From: Octopus sinensis
Taxonomy: Eukaryota
Reading direction: 5' to 3'
Length of the DNA stretch: 64,000 nt
Assembly: GCF_006345805.1 (NCBI RefSeq)
Contig: NC_042997.1
Span: 129,022,001-129,086,000 of the forward strand
This document shows, piece by piece, positions 1 through 13,387 of the stretch (its first letter is position 1; each line of letters starts with the position of its first letter). The position numbers and the translations under genes were made by a program. Under the pieces are notes generated by a model, which was not told the DNA's origin, made no database searches, and worked only from the letters and a program-made list of their open reading frames with translations.

Positions 1-215
1 CCTTGTGACAAAGTATCATTTGATTCTACAATTTCACCAACTTTTATCTCATCTGTATTAACAACATTTGATTCTGTTAGGTTAACTCTTGATCCTTGTG
101 ACAAAGTATCATTTGATTCTACAATTCCATCAGCTTTTATCTCATCTGTATTAACAACCTTTGATTCTGTTGAGTTAACAACACTTGATCCTACTGACAA
201 AGTAGCATTTGGCTT
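1..215 (-). repeat. Coding tandem repeat, 93-96 nt (31-32 aa) unit, at least 2.3 copies, continuing beyond the window
   Basis: ccttgtgacaaagtatcatttgattctacaatt at 1 and 94 (period 93); diverged copy cctactgacaaagtagcattt at 190 (period 96). All spacings are multiples of 3. Confidence 0.9.
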
Positions 216-559
216 TTCTGCATTAACATTTGCTATCATCGCATCAATATCACTTGATATTGTAACATTTGATTCTGCTAGCCCTGCCAGTGATTCAGCT
301 GCTTTTTCTTCTTTTTCAAATTCGGCTAATAATCCACTGAGAAGGTGTACATTATTTTTAATTTCACCTATTGTCTTTTTCTCTTCCTCAAAATTCTCCT
401 CTTGTTTTTTCTTTTTGTCTTCTTCTGACAGGATTATACCGTCAACAGCACTTGTATTCTGATTTACACTAGCCCTATCAGCTACCTCAGTGTTATTTGA
501 TGTCTCATTTACACCAATTCCATTAGCGATCCCAATTTTAGATGCAGCCAGGGCAGCAG
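1..559 (-). CDS. Exon 7 (3'-partial) of an unrecognised secreted acidic glycoprotein gene; contains 31-aa tandem repeats
   Basis: Acceptor aattttacaatttcag then a stop-free frame to the window edge: (T)AALAASKIGIANGIGVNETSNNTEVADRASVNQNTSAVDGIILSEEDKKKKQEENFEEEKKTIGEIKNNVHLLSGLLAEFEKEEKAAESLAGLAESNVTISSDIDAMIANVNAEKPNATLSVGSSVVNSTESKVVNTDEIKADGIVESNDTLSQGSRVNLTESNVVNTDEIKVGEIVESNDTLSQG. Phase 1 entry matches the exon 6 donor. Confidence 0.9.
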
Positions 560-1399
560 CTGAAATTGTAAAATTATACTTAATTTATTACAAGATCATA
601 TATCTGTTTACTGATGTATGTATATATTTTTGCATAACTCTACTGAAAGACTGTGAATTTCTACATATAGACTGTATAATTATACAGAGAACAACAAAAC
701 AGACTGAATTTTTGTAAATGGATTATGTAGCTTAAGAAATAGACTGCATAGTTCTGGAGATAGACTGTTTAACAGAGCATCTAACTCTACAAATAGATTG
801 TGTGAATTTGTACAGATAGCAAAATTGTCTTAAACATCAGAGATGTGGATTATGCAAAAATGCTTTCAATTTTTGCTTCTCCAACTTACCTCTGTTTCAA
901 AAGTTACATCAAGCCATAACTTCTTAAGATGTATGGCTTAAGGTTTTAAAGTTATGCTTTAGGGTTATGGTATAGGTTCAATGTTAGGCCTAAGATTTGC
1001 AGTTAGGGTGTAGGGTTAAATAAAGAGAAAGTGTATTTTTACAGCACCATGATTTCACTTGTTTCAGACATAAATATGAAGAAATTGTTAAAAATTAAAT
1101 AGAATATAAACTCTGTCTCAAACATCGTAGTGTTCTCAATTTTTATTATTGCACATTATTTTATGAAATTTAACAATTTTAATAACATTATTTTAATCAA
1201 TATATGAGCAAACTATTAAGTCTGGCCTGTATTTAAACCAAATATATTACAACTTCTGAAAATTGTGCTGATACTGAAAACTTATGAAATTATTATAAAC
1301 CAATTTAATCAACTAACACAAATATTATATCTATCAAAAATTCATTAGAATATTTGTAATCTTCTTGACCTGGAACAGAAAATATTCAAAAAACTTCAG

Positions 1400-4270
1400 T
1401 GTTCAGTTTTTTTTAATATCTGTTCATGAATGCAAGTTAACAAGGTTGTTTTTTCGTTGATGTGTCATAAAAAGGCAATGGGGTGTAAATATATGAGACA
1501 ATGTATAGAAAGATGACTTGCTAGAAGCATTGCTTGCAGCAGATGTGAGGAATGCAACATACAATTTGTAGATATCTGGAAAAGCTTTAAATGAATATAG
1601 TGAAGAAGTTATATTTATTAAAAGTTATATTTTCTAAAATGTAATGATGTAACATTTACAATACATAATTCATTGTAAAATGAGCTGTCCAAATAGTTTA
1701 TGCTCATGAGTTTATACTCAAATGGGAGATAATCTTAAAACTTCTAAGAATGCTTCTGATTCAAGAGACAAAGCTTCTATAGCTGCAAAATGAATGCATC
1801 TCATGATGCATTCATTAAAGCAACTTTGAAGTTCTCTAACATAGTTATCAAAAACACTGTTGTAATTACAATTAAAAATTATATATTTGTTATCAGAATC
1901 TTCATGACCCATCATTGATTTTATTACGAATGGTTGTGTAATATACCCTGGAATTGTAGAAGTGTTTTGAGGAATAGAACACTCATCTTCTACATTAAAT
2001 GTCTTAGCCTGAGAGAAAATGCTCAGAAATTTTCCTTTGTCTGTTCTCATTTCTTTCAAAATATTCAGTACAGTATTTTGTAAGATGTACTCCTTCAGAC
2101 AAATTGCAGTCACAACATTGTAACAGTTTATTTGTTGCATCAAGAACTTTCAGAATATCTCCAAGAAAAATACCAATGAAGATAAATTTGAGGCTGGTTA
2201 TCTGTTTCAAAATACCAGTTGCCTCAATTCTGATCTTTATGTCAGAACTGTCATGCTCTGCATCTTGTAGCACTTGCACTGTGTGTTCGTGATTGGTATG
2301 TATTGCAGTAACAGTTGCTAGATACTCAGACCATTGTTGTTCCAATAAGTACTTCAAATGTTTCAGTCTATGTGGAAAGTTATAAAGAACTTTACAGGCT
2401 CCACAAAGCAATTTTATGTCATTAATCTCTTCAATCACATGAACTACAACCAAATGTAACTGATGATCGAAGCAGTACACATACGGAATTTCCTTTCCCA
2501 TTTTCTGTTGCAACATTTTCTTAATATTACTGGTACAGCTAGCGGTAGGCTGACAGAAACGTTAATACACCGAGCGAAATACTTAGCAGCATTTCATTTG
2601 TCTTTATGTTCTTAGTTCAAATTCTGCCAAGGTCAACTTCACCTTTCATCCTTTCATGGTCGATAAATTACCTGTTGCATACTTAATTGACTGGCCTTCT
2701 CTCCAAAAAGTTTGAGCCTTTTGACTAGAGTAGAAAAGAATATCACTGGTACAGTCAGATATTACTGAGGCACCATCATAACACTGAGATAAAATGCTTT
2801 TCAGCATCTTCAATACTTTGCATAATTGCGTTAGCCAAAACTTTCGGCCTTTGCTCATAGTTAAAGTGATAAAACTTTCTAACATAATCCCTGCTTTTAC
2901 AAAGCTTACAATTATTGAAATAACTTTAGGATCGTGAATTCCATCACATTTAATTCATAAGTTGTATCATTTCATTTTGCATCATAAAAGATGTGTACAA
3001 ATGCATTTTAGGTATCACTGGAAATTGAAAAAGCCATAAAATTAGTCCAGAAACTTGATTTTTACTATTGTCAAGACAGGCAATATTTTCATTGTATTCA
3101 CCCCAAAGTGCAAGTTCATCATCATCATCTTCATCATTAACACATACTTCTACAATAACTTAGATAATTTAGACAGGTTTTGGCCAGTATAGGCCCAGGT
3201 CATTTCTAACTTAATAGCACCACCTGGTGATGTCTTTTAGATCGTGGTTCACACCTCTGTCATATATGGGACACCATAGCCCACTCTAGCAAAGAGTTAC
3301 TGTTAGAGACATATCCGAGTGTAGGAGGTTGGTCCAGAATTTTTGGGATAAATTTGTCCAGAAAACTTTTGAATTTTATTGGATCTGTTTCTTTTTTTAT
3401 GTATTTTGATATAATATTAAAGGGAGCTGGACTGGTTGAAGCAAACTAGTTGTGTTGTAATGTTGTGACATCTCGAGTTCAATTTTTGAAGTGGGCGAAT
3501 AGCATGGAGGCCAAGTCTTGGGTGGATCTTAAAATTGATGCCAACATCTTTTGTACAATATTGATGGAATATTTTCCATATCACACAAATGACATAGTGC
3601 TCATGGCAGCATTAGATTGTAAATAATACTAATTTTTTTTTTCAGTTGATCTTCATTCTGATTAATCGTCTTGTATTTCTGCCTTTCACTCTTAAATTTC
3701 ATAGTATTTTTGTGTGACAGAATTCTCATACCTACTAAAACCTTTGTTTTTTGACAAAGTGTTAGGCCACTTAGTATATCCTTCAACTTTCAAACTAATG
3801 TCAGCATTCTGGAGTGTACAAAAATGAGCATAGCAATGGCAGAAAGCAGCTTTAGATGAAACTGAGAATTCTAACCAAGGTCTGCCATTAAACCATAAAG
3901 CACAGAAGCCTCATTGTTTTTACTTTTGTTTTTTTGAGGGGTTTTCTTACCATATTGGTTAGAATGATGCACTGATAATTTTGGTTGACATGGTATCATA
4001 TCTAATCTGGATGGATAAGTCAAGTTTGGGAAGCATATCAAGTTCTGTAGATTGCGTAAGATCAGCTGCCAAAAGAGTTGAAGGATGGTGTAATGTTGCA
4101 GATTCAATTAACTGTGATCCATTTGAAATGGAAGAAATCTTCTTTGTTTCATCATTTTCACAGGTCTTGGAGGTTTTAGAATTTACAACCAAAAACATAT
4201 GACAAAAATTAATTTTTGTCATTTCATTGCCTTTCAATTTGAATAAAATACAATTCTTTAAGTTCAAGCA
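1400..4270 (-). mobile_element. Decayed hAT (ZMYM1/Ac-like) transposase remnant in intron 6
   Basis: TTF-type zinc-finger-like WFNGRPWLEFSVSSKAAFCHC (~3830-3900); SQCYDGAS (~2765-2790); YVYCFDHQLHLVV CxxH motif (ORF 2004-2516); C-terminal FPDIYKLYVAFLTSAAS dimerisation-like segment (~1530-1590). Many stops and frameshifts; ends approximate. Confidence 0.8.
2539..2738 (+). mobile_element. SINE family A inserted in the hAT remnant
   Basis: Head gcggtaggctgacagaaacgtt, core ggtcaacttcacctttcatcctttcatggtcgataaa; 16-bp TSD aatat(t/c)actggtacag at 2523-2538 and 2739-2754. Confidence 0.8.
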
Positions 4271-4513
4271 AAATATAATAAAACTGCAAAAGCAAACTAT
4301 TAATGGTTATTAATTTGAAAAACAGAATATTCAAGGTATTTCCTTATAAACTAGCTGAAATGTCTGTTCCGACTCTCTATTTTAAGTTGATGCATGACTT
4401 TGATTAGAGATAATCTTATAATTCAAGTTGTGAGGGCAAAATACAGTTATGGAAAACCCAAAGAACTTCTCACTTTTTTCATTGATAGTCAAAGAAATTC
4501 TATCTCTTTCTTT

Positions 4514-4534
4514 ATGTGTGTGTAAGTTTGTATG

Positions 4535-4570
<36 letters not shown>

Positions 4571-5073
4571 GGTATGTGTGTGTGCATATACATAGGTGTG
4601 TGTATGTACATATATATATGTATGTTTGTGTGTGTGTGCATATATATATGTGTGTGTGTATGTGTCCATACATATATATTTGGTGTTTGTGTGTGTGTAT
4701 GTGTAGGTATGCATGTTTGTAGGTATGTGTGTGTACATATACATAGGTGTGTGTATGTACATATATATATGCATGTTTGTGTGTGTGTATGTTTGCATAT
4801 ATATATGTGTGTATATGTGTCCATATATATTGTGTTTATGTATGTGTGTGTGCATGTGTGCCTGTACATATACATAGGTGTATGTATGTATATATATATA
4901 TATATAAATGTATATTTGTGTGTGTATATGTGTGTGTGCGCATATATATGTGTGTGTACATGTGTTTGCATATATATATATATGTATGTGTTTGTGTGTG
5001 TGTGTGTGTGTATGTGTCCATACATATATATATATATATTGCACTTGTATGTGTGCGTGTTTGTGTGTGTGTG
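4514..5073. repeat. Compound (TG)/(TA)/(TATG) microsatellite with a higher-order unit
   Basis: Blocks such as catatacataggtgtgtgtatgtacatatatata recur about every 130-160 bp; explains the HT/YI/CV-rich ORFs. Confidence 0.9.
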
Positions 5074-5752
5074 CAAAATATTGTTCTTGTTTACAGAACA
5101 GTTAAATAGCATCTGGTTCTTTTTCTTTGCAATGTTTAATTGGCCAGTATTCTTTCATGGAATGTTAAGGTGGTCAGTATGTGGTCTAACCCCTTTATCT
5201 ATGTGAGAATGTCTGTGTGTGTGTGTGTGAAGATGGAATCAGAAGTAGTATTAATAAAATGTAAATGAATGTGTGTAGGGGGAGTTACTTATGTATATGT
5301 ATTCTCCCGAGCATCAGTAATGTATAAGCCTACATTTCATCAGGGCTCTTTGTAGTTTTATTTTTTATTTTTGTCGTTGATGTTTTTCACTTTTGCTTTT
5401 ATTCAATTTCATTTTTTCCTCTATTAATTATTTCCATGGAGAATTTTTGACCAGTCTCTTTGGTTCACTTTGTTTATTATTTTAAAATCTAATTTTCATT
5501 CTGGTTTAAGAAGAAAAGTTACTCAGGCTTCAAGAAACACATTGCAGGAACATTTTGTAAACTGTATTTTCAAAATCTGAGGGTGTACCATTGAATAGTA
5601 AGGTGGAGAATGCCATCCAGTAACCACTTCCTTAATGACAGGCCCAACTGATAGACTGATTAAGTGAAACTTTACAGATAAAGTGTGAGAAGCTAAAATC
5701 TCATTGCACATCATTAAGTTAATCAACCAATCAAAATTATTTTTCTACTTAC

Positions 5753-5875
5753 TGTAATTCTGACAGGAAGCTTCCATTTTCTCAGTAACATCTTCCTTTG
5801 AAGTCTGGAAATGGCCAGCCAATGAGTTCAACATTTTAGACAGCTCCGCAGTTTTTTTCAGGTCGGTCAAGCCAT
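5753..5875 (-). CDS. Exon 6 of the secreted glycoprotein gene
   Basis: Acceptor ctccttttttcctattccag, donor gtaagtag; 123 nt, phase 1-1: (D)GLTDLKKTAELSKMLNSLAGHFQTSKEDVTEKMEASCQNY. Confidence 0.88.
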
Positions 5876-6499
5876 CTGGAATAGGAAAAAAGGAGATCCC
5901 ATCTGTTTCTAACAAACTCTGTTAACTGTTAGTATGTGCATTTTGGTTTCAAACAGAGAAGAAGTGGTAGAATCCATATTTTTAGAAGAACTTTTCAGAC
6001 TGATAAAGTTAGTGTGGTTATGTTGAAGTCAGTGTTCTAAAGTTAATGTATTTTGGAAAAGCATAGACAAAGATGTTGTCCAGGAGAACTGTGGCTGTGG
6101 ACAAAAAGGATCAGGCTAAATGTTTAGTACAGTATTTGATGGAACTAGACAGATGAAAGGAGGAGATGTATGTGCATTTGGGTGAACTTGGATGCAGTAG
6201 GTACACAATTAACTAGTTTAGAGTATCAGCGGTTATTATACAAGTGGTACCAGAGATGGAGAGGAAAAGCAACATCTCTCTATACCAGTGTTTGTTGCAT
6301 GGCAAAGATTCAATATTTGCCATTTAGCTTCGTTTGCATGAGTTTAGCTGAGTATGACATCAGAATTGTCCTAAATATATATAGAAGAGATTTGCAGTGG
6401 GTCAGTAAGTTATGAAGACTGAAGTATTTTTCCACCTTAAAGGGGGAATTTTGTCTTTGTGATGCAGTTTTTGCTATGTTATACATTTGGTGTCATCAT

Positions 6500-6680
6500 G
6501 AATGATCATTATATATATATATATATACGACGGGCTTCTTTCAGTTTCCATCAATTCACAAGGCTTTGGTTGGCCCAAGACTATAGCAGAAGACACTTGC
6601 CCAAGGTGCCACACAACAGGACTGAACCGAGAACCATGTGATTGGGAAGCAAGTTTTTCACAACACAGCCATGCTTGCGC
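6500..6680 (-). mobile_element. SINE family B (tRNA-derived head), 5' part
   Basis: Reverse complement of the ggctgtgt...ggcaccttgggcaagtgtcttct...gaaactgaaagaagcccgtcgtatata body seen at 33121. Confidence 0.8.
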
Positions 6681-6966
6681 CTTTGTAGCAGCTTTGAGAA
6701 TTTGTTCTTCACATTTGTACTGATTGATTATTTGTACCATTGAAAGGCACAGATGTAAATAGGTATATGTTGGCAATTGCATAATTGATAAGAGCTTTGT
6801 TGGGTTCATGAAGTGAGTTAATGTATTTTAGGAACACTAGTCTATCAGGTAAAGAGAGGTATTTAACATAACTTAGACATAATAGGATGATATTGTGTCA
6901 GATATTGGCAGTGGTAATTTGTTCTAGACACAAGATAGATGTAATAAATGAGGTATGGCAAGAATA

Positions 6967-7198
6967 AGGTGGCGAGCTAGCAGAAAAGTTAGCACGCCAG
7001 GTGAAATGCTTAGCAGAATTTCATCTGCCTTTATGTTCTGAGATCAAATTCCACCGAGGTCAACTTTGCCTTTCATCCTTTCGGGGTCGATAAATTAAGT
7101 ACCAGTTACACACTGAGGTCGATGTAATCGACTTAATCCCTTTGTCTGTCCTTGTTTGTCCCTCTATGTTTAGCCCCTTGTGGGCAATAAAGAAATAA
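6967..7198 (+). mobile_element. SINE family A, full length
   Basis: ggtggcgagctagcagaaaagttagcacgcc...gtcaactttgcctttcatcctttcggggtcgataaattaagtaccag...gtgggcaataaagaaat; many near-identical copies in the window. Confidence 0.9.
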
Positions 7199-8046
7199 GA
7201 ATGATGTTGTGTAAGGTTAACTTTTCTAAAGTACAATACAGAGGTAAAAATTAAAGTGTGGGACAGGTTAAATTGCTCAAGATACAATATAATTTTATCA
7301 ATGTAGTGATGTCAGTATGTGACAACCTACAATTTTACAATTGCATGTGAGAAAGAGGGATCACCATCTTGTATGTAAAACGACAAGAAAAATAAGAACT
7401 TGTGAGATGTTCATAATAAGTTATAACATATTTATGATTGGATGTAATGCATTACCATATAAGAATGGTTTGAAAGAAAAGGCTTGTAACATATTACATG
7501 AACATACTTTGCAACCACATGTCTCAAAGCAAGTGAGGCGAATATACGTGCATGCATGTGTGCGTGTGTGTGTGCGAGTGGCATGGCTCAATGCATACGC
7601 TTAGGAACCGACAGGCAAAAGTTGCAAAATTAGAAATGCATTCACTTTATATGATTTATAAAGAACATGATTTTGTTTCTTTCTGAATTATCTTTCTACA
7701 GAAGCAAAAAAGATCAACACATTCTGTATTCTTCCAGAAACAACCAAACTGATATGTGTAACCATTTCCTCACATATTTTCAGCACTCTAAAAACATTTC
7801 AGTCAATAAATCTTACATGTAAATCAGACCTAACACTTTAACACAGGATGTCAATAGACTGGAAGAAGCATGCATTTTATTGACAACCTTTATATTTCTT
7901 TCCTGGTTGTTTTGGATGACACCACTTACATAACATTGCAAAAGTTGTTTCACCAAAGACCAGTCTCGTTCCTCAGGACCAGAAAATATTTTAGCTACAC
8001 TATGTTATTGAATCTTTGCAAAACTCAACTGAGAACCTCAACGGTA

Positions 8047-8201
8047 CAGGTGTGCCTGTGTACTAAGAAGTTTTCTTCCTAGTTACATGGTTTCTGGTTC
8101 CCTAATACTGCATGATACCCTGGGCAAGTGTCTTCTACTATAATCTCTGGCCAACAAAAACCTTATGAGTGGATTTGATAGGTGGAAACTGAAAGAAGCC
8201 C

Positions 8202-8232
<31 letters not shown>

Positions 8233-8490
8233 CACACACACACTTGTGTGTGTGTGTGAATGTTTCCTCAGCTTGCCATAGCATGATAGTTGTGAGTGTT
8301 CCCATCATGCAAGCAGTACCCCTTATTTCCAATCTTCCAAGACTTGTCTAATCATGGGAAATATTACGTTACTTGGAAATAGTTGAAGGTTGGCAACAGG
8401 AAGGACATCTGGCAATAGACATTCTACCTCAACAAATTCTATCTTACTCATGCAAGCTTGGAAAAGTGGACATTAAAATGATGATGATTA
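8047..8490 (+). mobile_element. SINE family B variant with an internal microsatellite and a (GAT)n tail
   Basis: Head and ccctgggcaagtgtcttctacta body; tail ggcaacaggaaggacatctgg...ggacattaaaatgatgatg. Confidence 0.7.
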
Positions 8491-8491
8491 A

Positions 8492-8820
8492 TGGAATATT
8501 AGTCCTGCATCTGGGACAATGCTGCAACTTCACAAAGAATCAACCTTGACCAAGTCTAAAAGAAGTCCATATGAATTATTGATAGACTCACTCTAACACA
8601 TTGCAGCCTCTAGCCTACACATATATTGTTCCTCCTTTCTGCCTTTTCTACTGTTATAACTGCCGATGTTCCTGAGAAATAACTTATTGCATTAAACGCA
8701 CACAGAGACACACCCAACATATTCGTCTTTCTTCCTGTCATCACACATTCTCTGTCTCCTTTGATCTGCACAAACTATTATTCACAGTCCTTCATTCTCA
8801 GAATGACAACCTCTGAACTT
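8492..8820 (+). mobile_element. CR1/Jockey-group LINE 3' remnant
   Basis: Degenerate MEY*SCIWDNAATS...TLQPLA...CLFYCYN resembles the EYCSHIW...LQPLAHRR C-terminus of CR1-like ORF2; a similar remnant lies at 32440-32800. Confidence 0.55.
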
Positions 8821-10200
8821 GTTTCTTGTGTTGGTTTGTGATTAGTAGTTGTAAACAGAAATAATATGCAGCATGAAGAAGTTGTTTCAAGAGGCACAAC
8901 AATAAAAAGATGAGAAAATATAACAATTTATGTGTGAAATAAGTTCTGTTTCTTTTTTTCATCATCATTTCAAGAACTATAACTCTGACTCAACCAAAAC
9001 TTTTGCTGAAATGGTTTCAAATTGTAAAATGGGAATTGACAAAACATTGAGATTATTTCTGCTGCCAAACTATCAATTGTGAAAAATCTTTTGAAGAATA
9101 ATATTTAGGAAAAAAAGGAATAATTACAAAATGATATCAATTTTTGTAAGTAGCTGTTTATGCGAAACAAGGAACTCAGGATGCAATCCACATCAGCTTT
9201 CACTGTATAACTTATGGTTCCCCCGGAGAATTTCTGACAGAGCTCAGCTAAAGTTGCATGTTCATATTCTGAAACAAAACAAAATGTACAAATTATAAAT
9301 TCTTGTCATAGATTCTTGGCATTCTTACACAACATACCAATAGCTTCAAAATCACAACCATTTTGCCTGAAAAACATTCTACAACAAAAATCTAATAAAT
9401 TGGAAGCATACCAATACACAAGAAAGATTAAAACATTTGAGATATCACTGTGTGTGTGCACGCATGTGTCAGTGAGTGTGTGTGTGTGCATATGTGCATG
9501 TGTGTGTGGATGCATGAGTGGGGTGGGTGGGGATGAGTGCATGGGTGCATGCATGTGTATGTGTGTGTATTTGTGTATGTGGACACAGTTATAGCCAAGT
9601 TCATTAACAAAAGGTTTCAGGTTTCATCCACAAAGCTTGGCATTTTGATCATAAACATTTACCATGACCTCAAGTCAGTCTAAGTCTTTTGAATGAAAAT
9701 AGGTAGATGAAAAAGTGTAGAAGTCCATTGGATTGACTATAACCATAATTCAAAGGTCCAGCCTTGTCATATTGTGTTATGATGACTGAGTATATTTGTT
9801 TGTGCAATATATAACCACTCACAAGCTAGTTCAATGAATAGGTCATTCGGTTGATTGGACAACCGAAAACTCATACATCATTCTCAATAGGAGAATCTAC
9901 CATTATCATGCTTATGTATGTGTATGTATTGTGTACGAGTTTTAAACATAATCTTACTATAGACCTAAAACACAAGGAATAATCTCCAAATTGATAGCAC
10001 ACATGAATGTTGATCTGACTAAACAGTTTTGAACTTTTAAAATTTAATATTAGAATTGCCTTAATTTACCACTGTGATACTAAGAAAAAACAGATTATAG
10101 CTAGATAGAAACCACTTCTAAATTCACACAGAGACTGAGCAAATTATTATATCAATGGGTGTTTGGAATTTGTTAAGAAATTTCTAAGACTGTACATCCC

Positions 10201-10238
<38 letters not shown>

Positions 10239-11966
10239 GCACCCACATATACACAATGCAGAATTATAGACTATAGATCCATTTCAGCCAATTTTGCCAA
10301 TCATGAGAGTTTTTTAAAAAAAGTCATGTATGAGTACCTATTTGAAGGGTTGACAGAATCAACTGAAATGGATCTGTATTACTGATTTGCTTAAAAATTA
10401 ATATATTTGCTTCATTACCAATATATAAGTGCCTGTTTTTTTTGATTCATGAATTCTTAGATGACTATATGTGAGAATCTTACAATCCACCACCCACCCA
10501 TTTCTACTCATGTATCTTTATGGGTTACCTGGGCATGTTATCACTATTATCTGTCTCTTTGCAGCTCCTGCTGATCATTTCTCTTTCTCTCCTTCTTAAG
10601 GAATGTGATTAACCATGCAGATCCTCTACAAGAATCTGTTCTGACCCCTCTCCCTTTCTCTCATGCTTTAACTCCTCGTTTCCTGGGAGGAAGCTCACTC
10701 CACCCCATCTCCTTCTAGTCCTGCAAGTTACAGGGTGAACTCAACAATACTGACAGCATGAAGAAAAAGCACCCAGTTACACACTGTAAAGTGGCTGATG
10801 TTAGGAAGGACATCCAGCCATACATACCATGCTAAAGCAGACACTGGAGCACAATGCAGTCCTTGGAACCATCAGCTCCTGTTACACTGTCCAATCCATG
10901 CCAGCATGGAACATGATCTTTAAATGATGATGATATACAATCAAAACAGGTAACCTTGTTCTGGGAATAGTCAAGAAATATACTGCAAGCTTTTGGGAGC
11001 ACAGCATGATAGTGGAACTAATTACAGGATTTCAAACTTTAAGTTCCCATCAAAGTTTGCCTATTTTATTGATGTAACTAACACCAAGAAGTTTATAACT
11101 GTTTCTTCTCTGACAAGAACTTCAAAATTTTGAAAAAGAGAGATAGTGTGTGTGTTGGCACTAATTAGTATTGCACTTTTAATAAATGATTCTTATTGGT
11201 CAGTATTTGCACTACATCCATGTATATTGAGTCCAGACTGGTCTTCATGGGATATATATAGGACTATAGCATGGTTGAATAAATTTAAACTGAATTAGTA
11301 CACTGGTCTATATTGTGTCTAAACTAGACAGTGCTAAATAAAAAATATTTCTAATTAGCACTCATGTCAATTCATTTAGCGAGCTGACTAAATTATATTC
11401 TATATTATAAAAATTTAACATATAAAATATGTCACCAAGTACCATTTGTCTAGCTGGTATTCCAGTTGATTAATCAACAATAATGTTTTTCTGCATTCAT
11501 TTCCTTTTCAATAATTTGGTTGACAAGTTGAATTACTCAGCCTGTAGATTAAGTGTTCAAACCTAATTGAAAGTAATAAACATTATTCCACTATCCCAAC
11601 TAGCAGAAGAATTATCACTTCTAAATTGAAAAGTTGCTGTTACAAAAATATATTGCCACTAATTCCTGACATCATTATTCCAGACATACATCTAAGTTTA
11701 TAGAATCCAAAAAATGGATACAGCATTCAATCTAGAATACTGATTATAGTCACAAGACCTCAGATGTGTAAGGAATAGGAATGAGACTGTTACTATATTT
11801 AGCCCTTCCTAAGGGTATGAATGAAGTGAAATAGTAACAAACAAGAATCAAAATTCAGAGTACACTATGGCTACTGACAATTTGGTGAGGGGATTGGAGT
11901 TATTTTTTGTTGATTTTTTTTTTTTTTTTTTGTCAAAATTGAATAAATTAGAATAAGAAATTATAC

Positions 11967-12023
11967 CTTCTGTTCTCAAATGACAGGACAAGTTCACCAT
12001 TAGTGGGTGTTCTTTATTCACCG
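11967..12023 (-). CDS. Exon 5 of the secreted glycoprotein gene
   Basis: Acceptor ttttgtttttctttcag, donor AAG|gtataa; 57 nt, phase 1-1: (S)VNKEHPLMVNLSCHLRTE. Confidence 0.8.
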
Positions 12024-12291
12024 CTGAAAGAAAAACAAAATGATGAATCTATTAGCATGTTGAAAAAATCTTATTAACAAAATTGATTTCTAACACAGAC
12101 ACAAGGCAACAAAATCTGAGAGAAGGGTATTGTCAATTTGATAGTGATGATTGACTCCAGCACATGACTGGTGCTACATTTGTGGAATCTGAACTGAGAG
12201 CTTAAAGGAATATTTAAATAACATAAAGCAGTTTGTCTACCATTGTAGAGATTCTGTCAATCCCTCACCCTTCTTGTTAATAATACTGGTT

Positions 12292-12500
12292 TCCAACTTT
12301 GGCACAAGGCCAGAAATTTGAGGGAGGGATGAAGTTGATTACATTGACTGCAGCACTCAACTGATACTTATTTTATTGATCCCTAAAGAATGAAAAGCAA
12401 AGTCAACCTTAGGGGAATTTGAACTCAGAGCATAAAGACAAATGAAATGTCACAAAGCATTTTACCCGGTGAGCTAACATTTCTCCCAGCTCGCCACTTT
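12292..12500 (-). mobile_element. SINE family A, diverged
   Basis: gaatgaaaagcaaagtcaacct...atttgaactcagag...cccagctcgccact is the reverse complement of the family A body and head. Confidence 0.75.
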
Positions 12501-12542
12501 CTTCTTATTAATAATATTAACATTGTAACAATGTAATAGACG

Positions 12543-12857
12543 AGCAAGTGTCTTCTACTATAGCCTCGGGCTGACCAAAGCCTTGTGAGTGGATTTGGTA
12601 GACAGAAACTGAAAGAAGCCCGTTGTATATATATGTGTGTGTGTGTATATGTTTGTGTGTTTGTGTTTGTCCCCCAACATCTCTTGACAACCAATGCTGG
12701 TGTGTTACATCACCGTAACTTAGTGGTTCAGCAAAAGAGACCGATAGAATAAGTACTAGGCTTACAAAGAATAAGTCCTGGGGTCGATTTGCTTGACTAA
12801 AGGTGGTGGCTCCAGCATGGCCACAGTCAAATGACTGAAACAAGTAAAAGAGTAAAG
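12543..12857 (+). mobile_element. SINE family B, 5'-truncated
   Basis: Matches the 33121 copy through the tail aaatgactgaaacaagtaaaagagtaaa. Confidence 0.85.
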
Positions 12858-13387
12858 TCCTGGTCAAAAGTCTGAATGCACTGGTACAAATAAGTTATTA
12901 TACTGTAGTTTGAGGTAATAATGATCATTATCATTGTTTTCACAATCACTTTTATGTTTGCAGTGGTCAGACAGAATTCATTGAGACAGATTTTCTACAG
13001 CCAGCTGACCTTCTGCTACCAAGCTTCACTTGTTTTCAAGCAAAGTGCTATTGTTCTATGACCACACATTTCTGTGGAAGATTGGAAACAAATGACAGCT
13101 TGTATGATGGTGACACTTGTTTACAGCTATCACATGATGTCAAGACAAGCAGACACAATCTAATACACACACACAAAGATTAATAGAATGAGCTTCTTCC
13201 AGTTTTCATCCTCCAAATTCACTCACAAGGCTTTGGTCTGGCTTGTTCAAGATGTGCATTGGGACTGAACCCAAAATTATGTGATCGGAAAACAAATTTC
13301 TTAACCACACAACCATGCCCAGACGAAGTAGTGAGAAAGGATCTTTGAATGCTGGGCCTCACTGAGGAAATGACAAGTGATCAGAAG

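Noticed and set aside
490-717. Plus-strand 75-aa ORF
   Set aside because: It is the antisense shadow of exon 7 and its intron; splice signals support the minus strand.
940-1020. TTAGGG-like motifs suggesting an interstitial telomere
   Set aside because: Only a few degenerate units and no array; more likely part of an old dispersed repeat.
3959-4267. 102-aa ORF as a possible extra host exon
   Set aside because: It is contiguous with the hAT zinc-finger remnant, and exon 6 joins exon 7 in frame without it.
4382-5206. Long ORFs of 200+ aa rich in H/T/Y/I or C/V/M
   Set aside because: They are translations of (TG)/(TA) microsatellites, open in several frames on both strands. The same applies at 9.4, 17.9, 35.6, 41.1, 45.3 and 50.5 kb.
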